Position numbers and translations under genes: made by a program. DNA of 64,000 nt, from the NCBI GenBank assembly GCA_002737415.1, contig NSIQ01000026.1, forward strand, positions 116,120 to 180,119. The letters are read 5' to 3'. Numbering within the stretch: the first letter of the stretch is position 1; every line of letters begins with the position of its first letter. Under the pieces are notes generated by a model that was given only the letters and a program-made list of their open reading frames with translations, was not told the DNA's origin and made no database searches. Positions 1-10,169 of this stretch are shown here, in pieces. This stretch comes from Alcaligenaceae bacterium (GTDB lineage Bacteria; Pseudomonadota; Gammaproteobacteria; Burkholderiales; Burkholderiaceae_B).

Positions 1-1
1 C

Positions 2-1060
2 TACGCCGCGGCCAACCGTAACAAGCGCGGGATGGCGATTGATTTGAAAACGCCCGAAGGCGTAGCGATCGCGCGTAAGCTGATCGAAGAAGCCGACGTC
101 TTTGTGCACAACTATCGCCTCGGTGCACTTGATCGCTTAGGGTTAGATTACGATAGTTTGTCTGCAGTTAATCCGAGACTAGTCTATTGCGCCATCAGTG
201 GTTTTGGGGCAAGCGGGCCCTTAAGCAAAGAACCCGCAAACGATTTGTTTATGCAGGCCTACGCAGGCTCGATGAGCATCACCGGCGACCCCGAGGGCAG
301 TCCTGCAAAAATGGGGATGTCCGTTGCAGACGTTGGGGCAGGGATGTTTGGCGCGATTGGTGTCATGATGGCGCTTGAAACTCGGCATCGCACAGGTCGT
401 GGCCAACGCGTTGACACGTCTTTGCTTGAAGGCCATATGTCAATGCTGGCTCAGTTCTTCACACGCTATTTTTCAAGCGGTGAAGTGCCGGGCCCGAGCG
501 GCAGTGGCTCGCTAGGTAGCCCAACCTATCGCGCGTATCAGGCCAGTGATCAGTGGCTGGTCATTTCATCATTTAATCAGCGGATGTGGAAAGGCCTGTG
601 CACTGTGCTTGAGAGGCTTGAGTGGGTCGACGATCCAAGATTCTTAAATCCCGAAATGCGTTCGTTGAATCGGTCACTCTTAATTCAAATGATTGGTGAC
701 ATCATCATTACGCAACCTCTGGCACACTGGCAGGCGCTGTTGATCGAACAAGATGTCCCGTGCTCGCCAGTCAATACGATTGATAAAGTTGTTGTTCAGC
801 CACAAGTGCTCGCGCGCGACATGGTGCATGAGATGGATCTTGACGGCCTTGGCAAAATTGCAATGGCGGGTTTACCAATTAAGTTCAGTGATTCTCCGGG
901 TGAAATTCGCTTGCCGCCACCTCGCCTAGGCCAGCATACGGCTGAAGTGATGGCGGCTGTCGGTTATAGCGCTGAGCAAATTCAGGCACTTGCAGCGCAA
1001 GGTACGATCGGGTTAGACCCCGGTTGGGTAAAGGTTCCCAAAGTAGGTCGGTCGGCGTAA
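2..1060 (+). CDS. Family III (CaiB/BaiF) CoA-transferase, 5'-truncated by the window edge
   Basis: The frame is open from base 2 (YAAANRNKRG, the NRNKRS motif). It continues with HNYRLG, ISGFG, a catalytic Asp in GMSVAD and a C-terminal PPRLGQHT. Confidence 0.9.
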   Translation, partial: YAAANRNKRGMAIDLKTPEGVAIARKLIEEADVFVHNYRLGALDRLGLDYDSLSAVNPRLVYCAISGFGASGPLSKEPANDLFMQAYAGSMSITGDPEGSPAKMGMSVADVGAGMFGAIGVMMALETRHRTGRGQRVDTSLLEGHMSMLAQFFTRYFSSGEVPGPSGSGSLGSPTYRAYQASDQWLVISSFNQRMWKGLCTVLERLEWVDDPRFLNPEMRSLNRSLLIQMIGDIIITQPLAHWQALLIEQDVPCSPVNTIDKVVVQPQVLARDMVHEMDLDGLGKIAMAGLPIKFSDSPGEIRLPPPRLGQHTAEVMAAVGYSAEQIQALAAQGTIGLDPGWVKVPKVGRSA

Positions 1061-1138
1061 AAGCACTTGCGTGTCGCTGGAGCGTTCCGTCACTGGCGCG
1101 CTGTCAGCGTTCGGCGTTACTTAGCTCAACGTTACGCA

Positions 1139-2224
1139 TCAATCAGCAAAAAACCCTGGCCGCACCCGCAATCGATTGATAAACACAGGCTGCAAACCCA
1201 CGCTTAGCAAGTGCTCTGGTGTCGTGGGCAAGCGCTTGGGCTGCCAAGCCGGGTCGACGATATCTTTTGGCCAATTAGGATTCAAAATTGCAGAGCGTCC
1301 TAAGGCAATGACATCGGCGCCAAGATCTAATACTTTTTGAGCATCGTTACGATCCCAGATATGTCCTGCGGCAAATATTGGCAGATCGGAAGGTATCACG
1401 CGCTTAAAAATATCTAGCGGGTGTTCAGCAGGTCGTTTGATCGACGGTTTAAAGGCATCCCACAAAGACATATGTAAAAAATCAATACCATCATCGGCGA
1501 GCCATTTCGCGAGTTGCAGACTTTCGTCCAAATCAATGCCGCGCGCGTTGCCGCCGTCTTCGGGTGAGATCCGAACGCCTACGATAAAGTCCTCAGGCAC
1601 TCGGGTACGCACCGCTTGCATTGTTCTTCGTAAGAGTCGTGCACGATTTTCGTACGAGCCGCCCCATCGATCGGTGCGGTGATTTTCGGTCGTACTTAAA
1701 AACTGCGTAAACAGATAGCCATGCGCGCCATGAATTTCAATGCCGTCCATCTTGGCCGCGTGGGCACGCACAGCTGCCTGTGCAAAATCTTCGATGACTT
1801 GTTCAAGATCGTGTTCGGTTGCAGCTCTGGCGCCTGTCGGCCCGCCATCGCTCGCGCTAATCGGCTGCCCTCCACACACCGTTGGATCGGCGCGCAAGCC
1901 ACCATGAAAAATTTGCATTAAGGCTAAACTTTTGCGTTGATGCATGTCTTGGGCGAAACGCGTCAAACCTGGTAGCTGCGCATCATCAGAAATTCCAAGC
2001 GCACCCGGCCAGCCTTGCCCTAACTTTGAAACGTGTGCCGCGCATGACGTGACGATTCCGAAGCCACCTTCAGCCCTTAAGTTTAACCAATGCAACTCTT
2101 CATCACTCAGCGTGCCGTCAGCATGGCTTTGTGAATTGGTGAGCGCGGCGAGTGTCAACCGGTTTGGCGCCCAAACACCATTGCGAAAACGAAAAGGTTC
2201 AAACAGATCTTTTTTTTGTGTCAT
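1139..2224 (-). CDS. NADH:flavin oxidoreductase (Old Yellow Enzyme family)
   Basis: NRLTLAAL, QIFHGG, DGIEIHGAHGYLFTQFLS and RTDRWGGSYENRAR motifs. Confidence 0.9.
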   Translation of the reverse strand: MTQKKDLFEPFRFRNGVWAPNRLTLAALTNSQSHADGTLSDEELHWLNLRAEGGFGIVTSCAAHVSKLGQGWPGALGISDDAQLPGLTRFAQDMHQRKSLALMQIFHGGLRADPTVCGGQPISASDGGPTGARAATEHDLEQVIEDFAQAAVRAHAAKMDGIEIHGAHGYLFTQFLSTTENHRTDRWGGSYENRARLLRRTMQAVRTRVPEDFIVGVRISPEDGGNARGIDLDESLQLAKWLADDGIDFLHMSLWDAFKPSIKRPAEHPLDIFKRVIPSDLPIFAAGHIWDRNDAQKVLDLGADVIALGRSAILNPNWPKDIVDPAWQPKRLPTTPEHLLSVGLQPVFINRLRVRPGFFAD

Positions 2225-3747
2225 TCAGAGCTCTCAGGGATAATTTTTTTGACTTTGATGCCTAGCGCGCGTGCGAACAGTTGACGTAGCGGCTCAAGGA
2301 GCAGCACGACAAGGACTAGCACCCAAATGGCGATGGCAATTGGGCTGGTATAGAAGACTGAGATTTCGCCCAGGCTCATAAAAAGCCCCTCGCGCATGTG
2401 TTTTTCTATTAAGGGCCCTAGCACTAAGCCGACCACCATCGGCGCTAACTGAAACTCAAGCTTACGCAGCGTGTAGCCGATCAAGGCCACGACGAACAGC
2501 ATCCCTACGTCCAGCATACTGTTGCGTACGCTATAGCAACCGACCGAGGCGACCATCAAAATAATTGGTAAGAAAATATGGTTTGGTACGCGTAATAAAC
2601 TCACCCAGACGCTGATCAACGGTACATTTAAAATCACCAGCATCACATTGCCGACCAGCATCGAAGCAATCACCCCCCAAAAGACTTGAGGATGCGCCGT
2701 CATCATCATGGGGCCTGGCTGCACACCGTGCACCATCATGGCAGCCAGCATCAGTGCTGTGACTGGACCAAACGGTATCCCTAGCGCTAATAAAGGCACC
2801 ATCGACGAAGTGGCTGCCGCGTTATTTGCGGTCTCGGGGCCGGCCACGCCTTCGATCGCACCCTCGCCAAGTTCGTGTTTATATTTCGAAACGGCTTGTT
2901 CAAGGCGATAAGCGGCAAAGCTCGCGAGCGTGGCAGAGGGGCCGGGCAGTAAGCCAAAGATAAAACCTAAAACCGTACCTCGTCCATAGGGTGCAACGGA
3001 ACGACGCCACTCTTGGCGCGAGGGAAACATATCTCTTAGCTTGACCGGTAAGGGCTTGACCTGCTTCTGTAAGGTCTCAACCACACTCATGATCTCGGCA
3101 ATGCCATATAGCCCGACAACGAGGGCCACCAGCTCAACGCCCAGAGTCAGCTCAGCCAAACCGAAGGTAAAACGATCTTGACCTGTTACGGCCTCTTGAC
3201 CGACGGTACTGAGCATCAGTCCAATCGCCATCGGAAAAATACCTGCGGCTAACGTACCGCCGGAAATTCTAGAAAACAGCAGCAGACCGCCTGCGGTGAG
3301 GGCAAAGAACTCTGCAGGCCCAAACAGTAAACCCACCTCGGCCAAAGCCGGGGCAAAGAGCATGACCCCGACTACCGAGATCACGCCCCCAACAAACGAA
3401 CCCGCCGCCACAACCGTCAAGACTGCGCCCGCACGACCTTTTTTTGTGAGCTTATAGCCATCAAGGCAGGTAATGACTGAGGCCGATTCACCCGGCATAT
3501 TCACCAGAATTGCTGTCGTCGAGCCACCGTACATCGCCCCATAAAACATACCGGCCATCATAATCAGGCCACTCGTTGGATCGAGTGAATAACTCAGAGG
3601 CAGGATCATGGCGATCCCCGCGGTAGGCCCAAGGCCTGGCAAGACGCCGATCAACGTACCCGCAAGCGCGCCCACTAGAGCAGCTAATAAGTTGTTGAAC
3701 GTGAACGCAACACTCAGTCCGTATAGAATTCCGTCTAGTGCATCCAT
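2221..3747 (-). CDS. tctA: Tripartite tricarboxylate transporter permease TctA
   Basis: GVLPGLG, YGAMYGGSTTAILVNMPGE and GVAGPETANNA motifs; about 500-aa polytopic membrane protein. Confidence 0.92.
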   Translation of the reverse strand: MDALDGILYGLSVAFTFNNLLAALVGALAGTLIGVLPGLGPTAGIAMILPLSYSLDPTSGLIMMAGMFYGAMYGGSTTAILVNMPGESASVITCLDGYKLTKKGRAGAVLTVVAAGSFVGGVISVVGVMLFAPALAEVGLLFGPAEFFALTAGGLLLFSRISGGTLAAGIFPMAIGLMLSTVGQEAVTGQDRFTFGLAELTLGVELVALVVGLYGIAEIMSVVETLQKQVKPLPVKLRDMFPSRQEWRRSVAPYGRGTVLGFIFGLLPGPSATLASFAAYRLEQAVSKYKHELGEGAIEGVAGPETANNAAATSSMVPLLALGIPFGPVTALMLAAMMVHGVQPGPMMMTAHPQVFWGVIASMLVGNVMLVILNVPLISVWVSLLRVPNHIFLPIILMVASVGCYSVRNSMLDVGMLFVVALIGYTLRKLEFQLAPMVVGLVLGPLIEKHMREGLFMSLGEISVFYTSPIAIAIWVLVLVVLLLEPLRQLFARALGIKVKKIIPESSE

Positions 3748-3771
3748 GGCGATGGTGACCTATTATTTTTT

Positions 3772-4245
3772 TTAAAGAAAGAGCGCGAACGACGGCATTG
3801 GAACTTTTAGCAACGCGATAAAGCATAAATAGATGGCACCCGTCATCAGTGCGGCGTACGCGCTACAACGTAGCCAAGAGAGCGGTGATAACAAGCGCAT
3901 TAAGAGCAGCGCAAAGCCCCAGCTACTCAAGGTATAGCCTAGCCAAGGCATCGTCCCAAAATATAGTCCCAGCAGGGCGATCAGCTTAAAGAGGCGCGCG
4001 CGGTCTTGGCCGGCAGGTATCTCGATGCCTTCAGCACGTGGTGTTTTCCAGCCCTCCACGATGGTCGCGATGCTGGCAAAGCAAAGAATCGCGCCTACTA
4101 AGACCGGAAACAACCCAGCGCCCGGCGCGTCCATCTCTCCAAACGGCAGCTGCATCGCTATCGCAACATATCCAGCCGACAATAAGAGTCCGAACCCCCC
4201 CGTCGACAGATAGGCGGTACGCTTTGAAATCGTGCGATTAGACAT
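3772..4245 (-). CDS. tctB: Tripartite tricarboxylate transporter small subunit TctB
   Basis: 157 aa, hydrophobic, PGAGLFP motif, C-terminal LKVPMP; lies between tctC and tctA. Confidence 0.85.
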   Translation of the reverse strand: MSNRTISKRTAYLSTGGFGLLLSAGYVAIAMQLPFGEMDAPGAGLFPVLVGAILCFASIATIVEGWKTPRAEGIEIPAGQDRARLFKLIALLGLYFGTMPWLGYTLSSWGFALLLMRLLSPLSWLRCSAYAALMTGAIYLCFIALLKVPMPSFALFL

Positions 4246-4254
4246 AGTGTACTT

Positions 4255-5262
4255 TTAAGGTTTTTGTTCGAGTATTTTTAATAGTTCGGCAAAGGTCTGG
4301 GTATCGCGCACGATTTCTGCGCTGAGCGCTTCAGGGGTTTTGGGATCGAGCGCATAGCCCTCTTTAGCAAAGGTCGCAAACTGTGCGCTACTGATCACTT
4401 GTGCAGATGCACTGACTAATTTTTTCAAAACATCTGCAGGCAGACCTTTGGGTGCCATGACATAGAACTGGGCCGACAAAGTGGTTTGATACCCCGCATC
4501 AATCGTTGAAGTTGCCTCAGGCACAGGATCATAAGTACCCTTTTTAAATACGGCCAACACACGGACCTTCCCAGCCTGTACCTGACCGGGAATCCCTACC
4601 GCACCGGTGAAAAGCGTCGCCTCAACCCGGTTGCCTAAAAGTGCCAATAAAGCTTCACCACTGCCGCCCGTAAACGGAATCGTGCGAAGCTTTAGTTCGC
4701 TATTTCTGTTGAATTCTTGTGCGACCAAGTCTGGTACGGTACGCAAACCTGATACCGAAGCGCGGACCTTATTAGGATTATTTCTAACGTGCGTTAAAAA
4801 TTCTTCAAGTGTTTTCCAAGAAGAATCTGCTCGCACCACCAATATCACGGGCATCTCGCCAAGCTTAGCGATCGGCTGATAGTTCTCTGGTGTTTTGAAG
4901 GGTAAGTTTTGATTTACCAAGGGCTGATAGGCCAAGATGCTGTTTGTTCCTAAGCCAATCGTATAGCCGTCTGGTTTAGCCCGCGCAATAATGCCAAACC
5001 CAATCGTACCAGAGCCGCCGGGTTTGTTTTCAACATTCACTTCGACACCCAGAACTTTCTCGAGTTGTGTGGAGAATTGTCTTGAGATTGGATCGGTTGA
5101 GCCGGCGGGTCCGTAAGGTACGACAAAAGTGATGGCGCGATTCGGATAAGACTGCGCTGTGGCACTGAACGTGAAGCCAGTGAGCAGCAGTGCAAGCAGA
5201 GTCGCGAGCACGAGCCGAAGACGCGCGATCCAACAAGAGGTTGTGCAGTTACAAACTCGCAT
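4255..5262 (-). CDS. tctC: TctC/Bug substrate-binding protein
   Basis: Signal peptide, YPNRAITFVVPY, VENKPGGSG and PDGYT motifs; adjacent to tctB/tctA. Confidence 0.9.
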   Translation of the reverse strand: MRVCNCTTSCWIARLRLVLATLLALLLTGFTFSATAQSYPNRAITFVVPYGPAGSTDPISRQFSTQLEKVLGVEVNVENKPGGSGTIGFGIIARAKPDGYTIGLGTNSILAYQPLVNQNLPFKTPENYQPIAKLGEMPVILVVRADSSWKTLEEFLTHVRNNPNKVRASVSGLRTVPDLVAQEFNRNSELKLRTIPFTGGSGEALLALLGNRVEATLFTGAVGIPGQVQAGKVRVLAVFKKGTYDPVPEATSTIDAGYQTTLSAQFYVMAPKGLPADVLKKLVSASAQVISSAQFATFAKEGYALDPKTPEALSAEIVRDTQTFAELLKILEQKP

Positions 5263-5272
5263 GGCAATCCTT

Positions 5273-6628
5273 TTAACGATCTACACCCATTATGTTGCGA
5301 TAGTTTTTGTCTACAGCTGAAAGCGTACCTAGGCGCAACATCATCTCGGTATCCATCGTGCCCGATATTCCTGGATTGGTTGGCAGGTCACAGACGACTT
5401 TGTTGGCTTTGACCTCGGCAATCTGCTCTGGTGTCATCCCTAATACGTCGCGCAAGATCGCATCGTTATCTTCACCAAAGCGTGGCCCTGGCTTTTTAAT
5501 GTGCGCGTCGCGAAAGCGTAGTTTGTACGGACGCCCGATAATCGGACGCGGGCCAATTGGCGCGGGGTGCTCGACACGCTCATAAAAACCGCGGTGTTTT
5601 AAATGCTCGTTGATGAACAGGTCTTTACTGTGCAGGACCGGGCCGCTGGCGATATCTTGCGCTTGCAGCAAGCGGGTTAACTCAGTGACTTCACGAGACA
5701 CCGTCCACGCCGACACCAGCGTGTTGATCTTAAAGCGGTGCGCGCGACGTGCGACGGCAGTGGCGTAACGCTGGTCTTGCGCGAGGGCAGGTTGGCCCAT
5801 CAGCGCTGCGAGCTTGGACCAACGCTCATCTGAATCCACTGTGATGGCAATCCATTGATCGTTACCACTGGCGCGATATAAATTGCTAGGCACATGCTCA
5901 AGGTCTTCATTGCCGATTCGAGGGCGGTCAGTGCCATCGAGTTGCTTTTGAATCAAAGCCTCAGGAATCAGTGAGAGGCCTAGTTGATACATGCCACAGT
6001 CGATCCACTGACCTTCTCCGGTCTTGCGCATGTGGACAATCGCCGCCCACAGCGCGTTCATGCCCGCCCAGCAGGCAATAAAGTCTGGATAAGATTGGCC
6101 AACTTTCCAGGGCTTATCGCCTTCGTAGCCGGTGTAGAAGGTCACACCCATGGTGGCTTCAAGCGTCGTGCCTTGGCTTGGAAACGCTGCCCAAGGCCCG
6201 CTTGAGCCATAGCCGGTATTCGACAACATAATCAGCGAGGGTTTAATCTTTTTGAGTTCGTCGTAATTCAAGCCCCACTTGCGCATCACACGCGGCGTAT
6301 AGTTCTCAAGCACGATATCGCTTTTGCGCACCAAATCGCGAAAAATCTCTTGACCTTTTTCTTGACCCAAATCAAGCGCCAAAGACCGCTTGCCACGATT
6401 GACGACATAAAAAATACCCGAACGATTCCAGGGATCTTGTGCCGGATCATTATCCAGATAGGGCCCAAAGGCTCGACCACGTGTTTGATCAAGTTTGTGT
6501 GGCGCTTCAATCTTGATGACCTCGGCACCTAGGTCGCTTAAGAGCCCGGCCATATACGGCACGGCAAAGACGTACGACAAATCAAGAACGCGAACGCCGT
6601 CTAAAGGAAGTTTCTTTTTCTGTTCCAT
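5273..6628 (-). CDS. Family III CoA-transferase, catalytic-type subunit
   Basis: PLDGVRVLDLS, NRGKRS and ENYTP motifs; Asp present in GQSYPD. Confidence 0.9.
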   Translation of the reverse strand: MEQKKKLPLDGVRVLDLSYVFAVPYMAGLLSDLGAEVIKIEAPHKLDQTRGRAFGPYLDNDPAQDPWNRSGIFYVVNRGKRSLALDLGQEKGQEIFRDLVRKSDIVLENYTPRVMRKWGLNYDELKKIKPSLIMLSNTGYGSSGPWAAFPSQGTTLEATMGVTFYTGYEGDKPWKVGQSYPDFIACWAGMNALWAAIVHMRKTGEGQWIDCGMYQLGLSLIPEALIQKQLDGTDRPRIGNEDLEHVPSNLYRASGNDQWIAITVDSDERWSKLAALMGQPALAQDQRYATAVARRAHRFKINTLVSAWTVSREVTELTRLLQAQDIASGPVLHSKDLFINEHLKHRGFYERVEHPAPIGPRPIIGRPYKLRFRDAHIKKPGPRFGEDNDAILRDVLGMTPEQIAEVKANKVVCDLPTNPGISGTMDTEMMLRLGTLSAVDKNYRNIMGVDR

Positions 6629-6630
6629 AG

Positions 6631-7836
6631 TCAGTGTCCTGCTTCGGTCGTCACGTCAAGGCTTGCGAGCTCGGTGGTGCTCAAGCCAAGCTGCGTGACA
6701 AGAATTTCGTGACGATGTTCATCTAGCATGGGCGAGCGACGACGCACCTTTGTTGGGGTGACAGATAATTTAGTGAGCTCTGCCGGAAATTGTAAGTGTG
6801 TGTTGGTCGCGGGATGTGCGACTTCAGCGAACGCTTGACGTTCATTGAGGTGTTCGCAGCTCAGCAGGTCGTCTGCGCTTTGCACCATACCGATTAAGAG
6901 TCTTTTTGTTGCACCCGCAAGAAACACTTCCTTGGCATCACGATCTTGTACGCACGCTTCAAGTAACGCACGCACTTCGGGGACGCGCTTTTCGCGCTGT
7001 GGTGGGCTCGCGAATTTAGGGTCGCGAAACTCTGGGCGACCAAACAATTCGGCCAGCGTTTCGAACGGCGCACCTCCGCCGGTTTGAAAGGCCAAAAACC
7101 CCTTACGTGCCGCGATGGGTTCGCCCGCGAAGGGATCCTGGACAATGGCTCGACGACCTTGCACGGCACCTAAAAAACCGTAGTACGACTGATTCAATAC
7201 CAATTCAGAGGCTAGGCACTCATGAATGGATACGTCAACGTGCTCACCAAACTGATCGGCTTGTGCAGCGGCAAACGCCATGATTGAGGCGTAGGCGGCG
7301 GTCAAGCCGGCGCAATAAAAGGATTGCGATAAGCCATGTTTGAGTGGTTCGCGATCGACCCGCCCGCTAATGGCCATGATCCCACTCATCGCTTGCAGGG
7401 TGAGATCGCTAGCACGGTACTGAGAATACGGACCGGTTTGACCAAAATTCGTGATTGAGGTCACGACAAGGGTTGGATTCCACTCAAGCAATTGATCCAC
7501 GCTATAACCCCAGCTTTCAAGTCTGCCGGGTTTAAAACTCTCGATCACGATATCGCTTTGCTCGATCAGCTTAAGCATGACTGGTCGACTCGATGCTAAG
7601 CGCAGATCGAGCGCAACGCTACGTTTGTTCCAGTTGAGATACTGAAACAGCAGGCTTTGTTCGGTCGTTGCGGCATCGGTTTTCAGCGGTGCGAGATAAC
7701 GCGCAAAGTCTCCCTTGCCGGGTTGTTCGACTTTGATAACGTCTGCACCGTAGTCGCCTAGCAGCCGGGCCGCAAAGGGCCCAGCAATGCCATGACTCAG
7801 ATCCAGAACGCGGACGCCCTGTAACGCATGTTGCAT
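6631..7836 (-). CDS. Family III CoA-transferase, probable non-catalytic partner subunit
   Basis: ALQGVRVLDLS, GADVIKVE and NWNKRS motifs; GLSQSFY has no Asp at the usual catalytic position. Confidence 0.85.
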   Translation of the reverse strand: MQHALQGVRVLDLSHGIAGPFAARLLGDYGADVIKVEQPGKGDFARYLAPLKTDAATTEQSLLFQYLNWNKRSVALDLRLASSRPVMLKLIEQSDIVIESFKPGRLESWGYSVDQLLEWNPTLVVTSITNFGQTGPYSQYRASDLTLQAMSGIMAISGRVDREPLKHGLSQSFYCAGLTAAYASIMAFAAAQADQFGEHVDVSIHECLASELVLNQSYYGFLGAVQGRRAIVQDPFAGEPIAARKGFLAFQTGGGAPFETLAELFGRPEFRDPKFASPPQREKRVPEVRALLEACVQDRDAKEVFLAGATKRLLIGMVQSADDLLSCEHLNERQAFAEVAHPATNTHLQFPAELTKLSVTPTKVRRRSPMLDEHRHEILVTQLGLSTTELASLDVTTEAGH

Positions 7837-7847
7837 ACGGACCCTAC

Positions 7848-8330
7848 TTAGGCTGCGGGCGGAACAAAAGGATAAGGAACAGGTTTGCCATTTTTATAAG
7901 GCAGTGCAACCGTTGCAGTACCCGGCGTTGACTCTTTGCCCGCATCGTTGAGAATGCCAAGCTCGATATCAATTAAGCCGTACCCTGGGCCTTCGCGTTT
8001 GGCGGTCACTCGACCCCAGACGCGTACCGCCTCTTCAACAATATTCATTGCGCGAAACTGAAAGCTGGCTTTCCAGGCCCAGCCGTTTGGCCCCGCCCAA
8101 TCAGCAAGCATCTGCATCACGAATTGTTGCTTGAGTGAGCCGTTAATCAGCAGCCCCGGCAATTTATCGTGCTCCATGGCAAAGGGCTTGTCGTAATGAA
8201 TCTTGTGCCAGTTTTCCATGGCAGCAGACCAGCGCATTAAGTGTGCTGTGGTCAGAGGGCCTTTTTCAAGACCGGGGATGTCAGAGCCAATCGCGACATC
8301 TTCAAAATTAGGAGTGGTACCGAGCGCCAT
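7848..8330 (-). CDS. MaoC-like hotdog-fold dehydratase subunit
   Basis: AAMENWHKIHYD hydratase-2-like motif, LPGLLINGSL. Confidence 0.8.
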   Translation of the reverse strand: MALGTTPNFEDVAIGSDIPGLEKGPLTTAHLMRWSAAMENWHKIHYDKPFAMEHDKLPGLLINGSLKQQFVMQMLADWAGPNGWAWKASFQFRAMNIVEEAVRVWGRVTAKREGPGYGLIDIELGILNDAGKESTPGTATVALPYKNGKPVPYPFVPPAA

Positions 8331-8331
8331 A

Positions 8332-8862
8332 TTATTTTCTCCGGATTTGTGTGCGACGGGTGCGGATCAACAGCTCACCATCACCATTTCTAAACTCTGT
8401 CTCTGTGACAACCAACACGATGGGGCCTTTGCTGGTTTCTTTCTCGCTGATGTCTGCGTAGCTTGACGTCTGGCTGACGGTCTCGCCATGGCGTGCGTAG
8501 CGAAAGAACTCAATCTCTGAGCCACCATTGAGAAGCGCATAGCCGTTCAAGGGCTCAAGCGCGGGCAAGCCGCCTGAACTCGTGGCTGCCACGATGCCAT
8601 CAAAGTCGAGGTTGCGCGCATTGGCTTGAATAGGATCTGGCACGCCAAAGGCGCGTCGCGCCAGATGTGTCGGGTAAAGCGGTGGCGCAACGGGCCCGCC
8701 ATAGCGGGCATTATTGGTACAAGGCTTATCAAAGATCGGATCTTCGTACATGATGGCTTGTGCGTAACGGCGCACGGCACCACGTTCAACGGAATCACAC
8801 GCCATTTCAGTCGTGGATTTCATTCCGATATATTTTTTTAGTGAGTCGGAAAGGGCGGACAT
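8332..8862 (-). CDS. MaoC dehydratase N-terminal-type (FAS1-like) hotdog subunit
   Basis: VERGAVRRYAQAI, GPVAPP and LLNGGSEIEFFR motifs. Confidence 0.8.
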   Translation of the reverse strand: MSALSDSLKKYIGMKSTTEMACDSVERGAVRRYAQAIMYEDPIFDKPCTNNARYGGPVAPPLYPTHLARRAFGVPDPIQANARNLDFDGIVAATSSGGLPALEPLNGYALLNGGSEIEFFRYARHGETVSQTSSYADISEKETSKGPIVLVVTETEFRNGDGELLIRTRRTQIRRK

Positions 8863-8910
8863 TTTGAATCTCCCAGGATAGTAAAAAGAATGACTGATGC
8901 TGACTGTGGA

Positions 8911-9891
8911 CTAATTCACTTTAACACCGGCGTCTTGCACAATTTTTTGCCAGCGCACGACTTCGCCCCGAACAAAGACTTCGAACTCAGGGGTAGGCAA
9001 GGGACGTTCAAGAATATCGGACCCACTCTTGATCAAGCGATCGCGCACGGCGGGGTTGGTCATGACTTTAATGATGGCAGCGTTTAGGCGCTCAATGACA
9101 GATTTGGGTGTGGCTGAGGGCGCACACACGCCGTTGAACCCACTGATGGCAAAACCATTTATCGTCTCACCGATCGTAGGCATCTCAGGCAGTTGAGTCG
9201 CTCGGTTTGTCATTACGACGCCGAGAGCTCTGACGTGACCTGACTTGACAAAGGGTAGGACGGGCTCTAGCACGGCAAACGACATGGTGGCACGACCTGC
9301 GACGACATCGGCGATGGATGGTGAGCTGCCTTTGTAGGGGATATGGAGCATCTCGGTGCCCGTCAGCTTCATGAAAAGCTCACCGGACAAGTGACCAGGG
9401 CTGCCTGTGCCATACGAGGCAAACGTGAGTTTGCCAGGTTGTGCTTTGGCCAGTGCGATGAGCTCGCTTACGGTGTTCGCAGGAACAGACGGATGAACGA
9501 CGAGTAATAGGCTTGCACCCAAGTGCATGGTGACGTGGGTAAACGCCTTCAATGTGTCAAAGTTTAGTTTGTACAGGCTTGGATTGATCGCGTGTGCGGT
9601 CGTACAGATCAGCAGTGTGTAGCCATCGGGCGGCGCGTTCGCGACAAACTCAGTGCCGATAATCGTGTTGGCACCCCCTTTGTTCTCAACCATCACGGTT
9701 TGACCAAACTCTTCAGTCAACCCGAGGGCCATCACACGCGCCACCGTGTCAGCCCCACCGCCTGGCACGTAAGGCACCACCAGTTTGATGGTGCGGCTCG
9801 GAAAGCTTTGCGCCCAGGACGCAGAGAGCCCAGCGCCGAGTACGGCTGCGCATACGATCAGGGCTCTGAGAAGGTGTGCGCAGGGTGTCAT
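8911..9891 (-). CDS. Bug/TctC substrate-binding protein
   Basis: FPSRTIKLVVPY, PDGYTLL and HIPYKG motifs. Confidence 0.9.
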   Translation of the reverse strand: MTPCAHLLRALIVCAAVLGAGLSASWAQSFPSRTIKLVVPYVPGGGADTVARVMALGLTEEFGQTVMVENKGGANTIIGTEFVANAPPDGYTLLICTTAHAINPSLYKLNFDTLKAFTHVTMHLGASLLLVVHPSVPANTVSELIALAKAQPGKLTFASYGTGSPGHLSGELFMKLTGTEMLHIPYKGSSPSIADVVAGRATMSFAVLEPVLPFVKSGHVRALGVVMTNRATQLPEMPTIGETINGFAISGFNGVCAPSATPKSVIERLNAAIIKVMTNPAVRDRLIKSGSDILERPLPTPEFEVFVRGEVVRWQKIVQDAGVKVN

Positions 9892-9894
9892 GTG

Positions 9895-10101
9895 CTAAGC
9901 CTTTGGCGTCAAGTAGCGTTGTGGACTGATCGTGAATTTACTGCGACAGTTCAATGTGTCGAAGTAGTACCAGTCGCCGTCATGAAACTGACGCGTCCCT
10001 TTAGACGGATCAATTTCTTTGGCGCCATGGGCGGTTTCACCTGTTTTGGATTCGGCTCCTTCGAGGTCGATCGCTTTACCGCAAACTAGACATCTCATCA
10101 C
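9895..10101 (-). CDS. Small YHS/TRASH-like metal-binding protein
   Basis: CLVCG at the N-terminus and WYYFDTLNCRSKF...PQRY at the C-terminus match the YHS/TRASH pattern; ends 3 bp before the downstream Bug start. Confidence 0.65.
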   Translation of the reverse strand: MMRCLVCGKAIDLEGAESKTGETAHGAKEIDPSKGTRQFHDGDWYYFDTLNCRSKFTISPQRYLTPKA

Positions 10102-10169
10102 GCGTATCTCAAAAATTAATATTGATAATCAAAAAATCGATACAACAACCAGCCATCACCGACTAGCTT

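Noticed and set aside
1061-1138. Recurrent GCGTT-like words between convergent genes
   Set aside because: No regular period and no stable stem; not a CRISPR or REP array.
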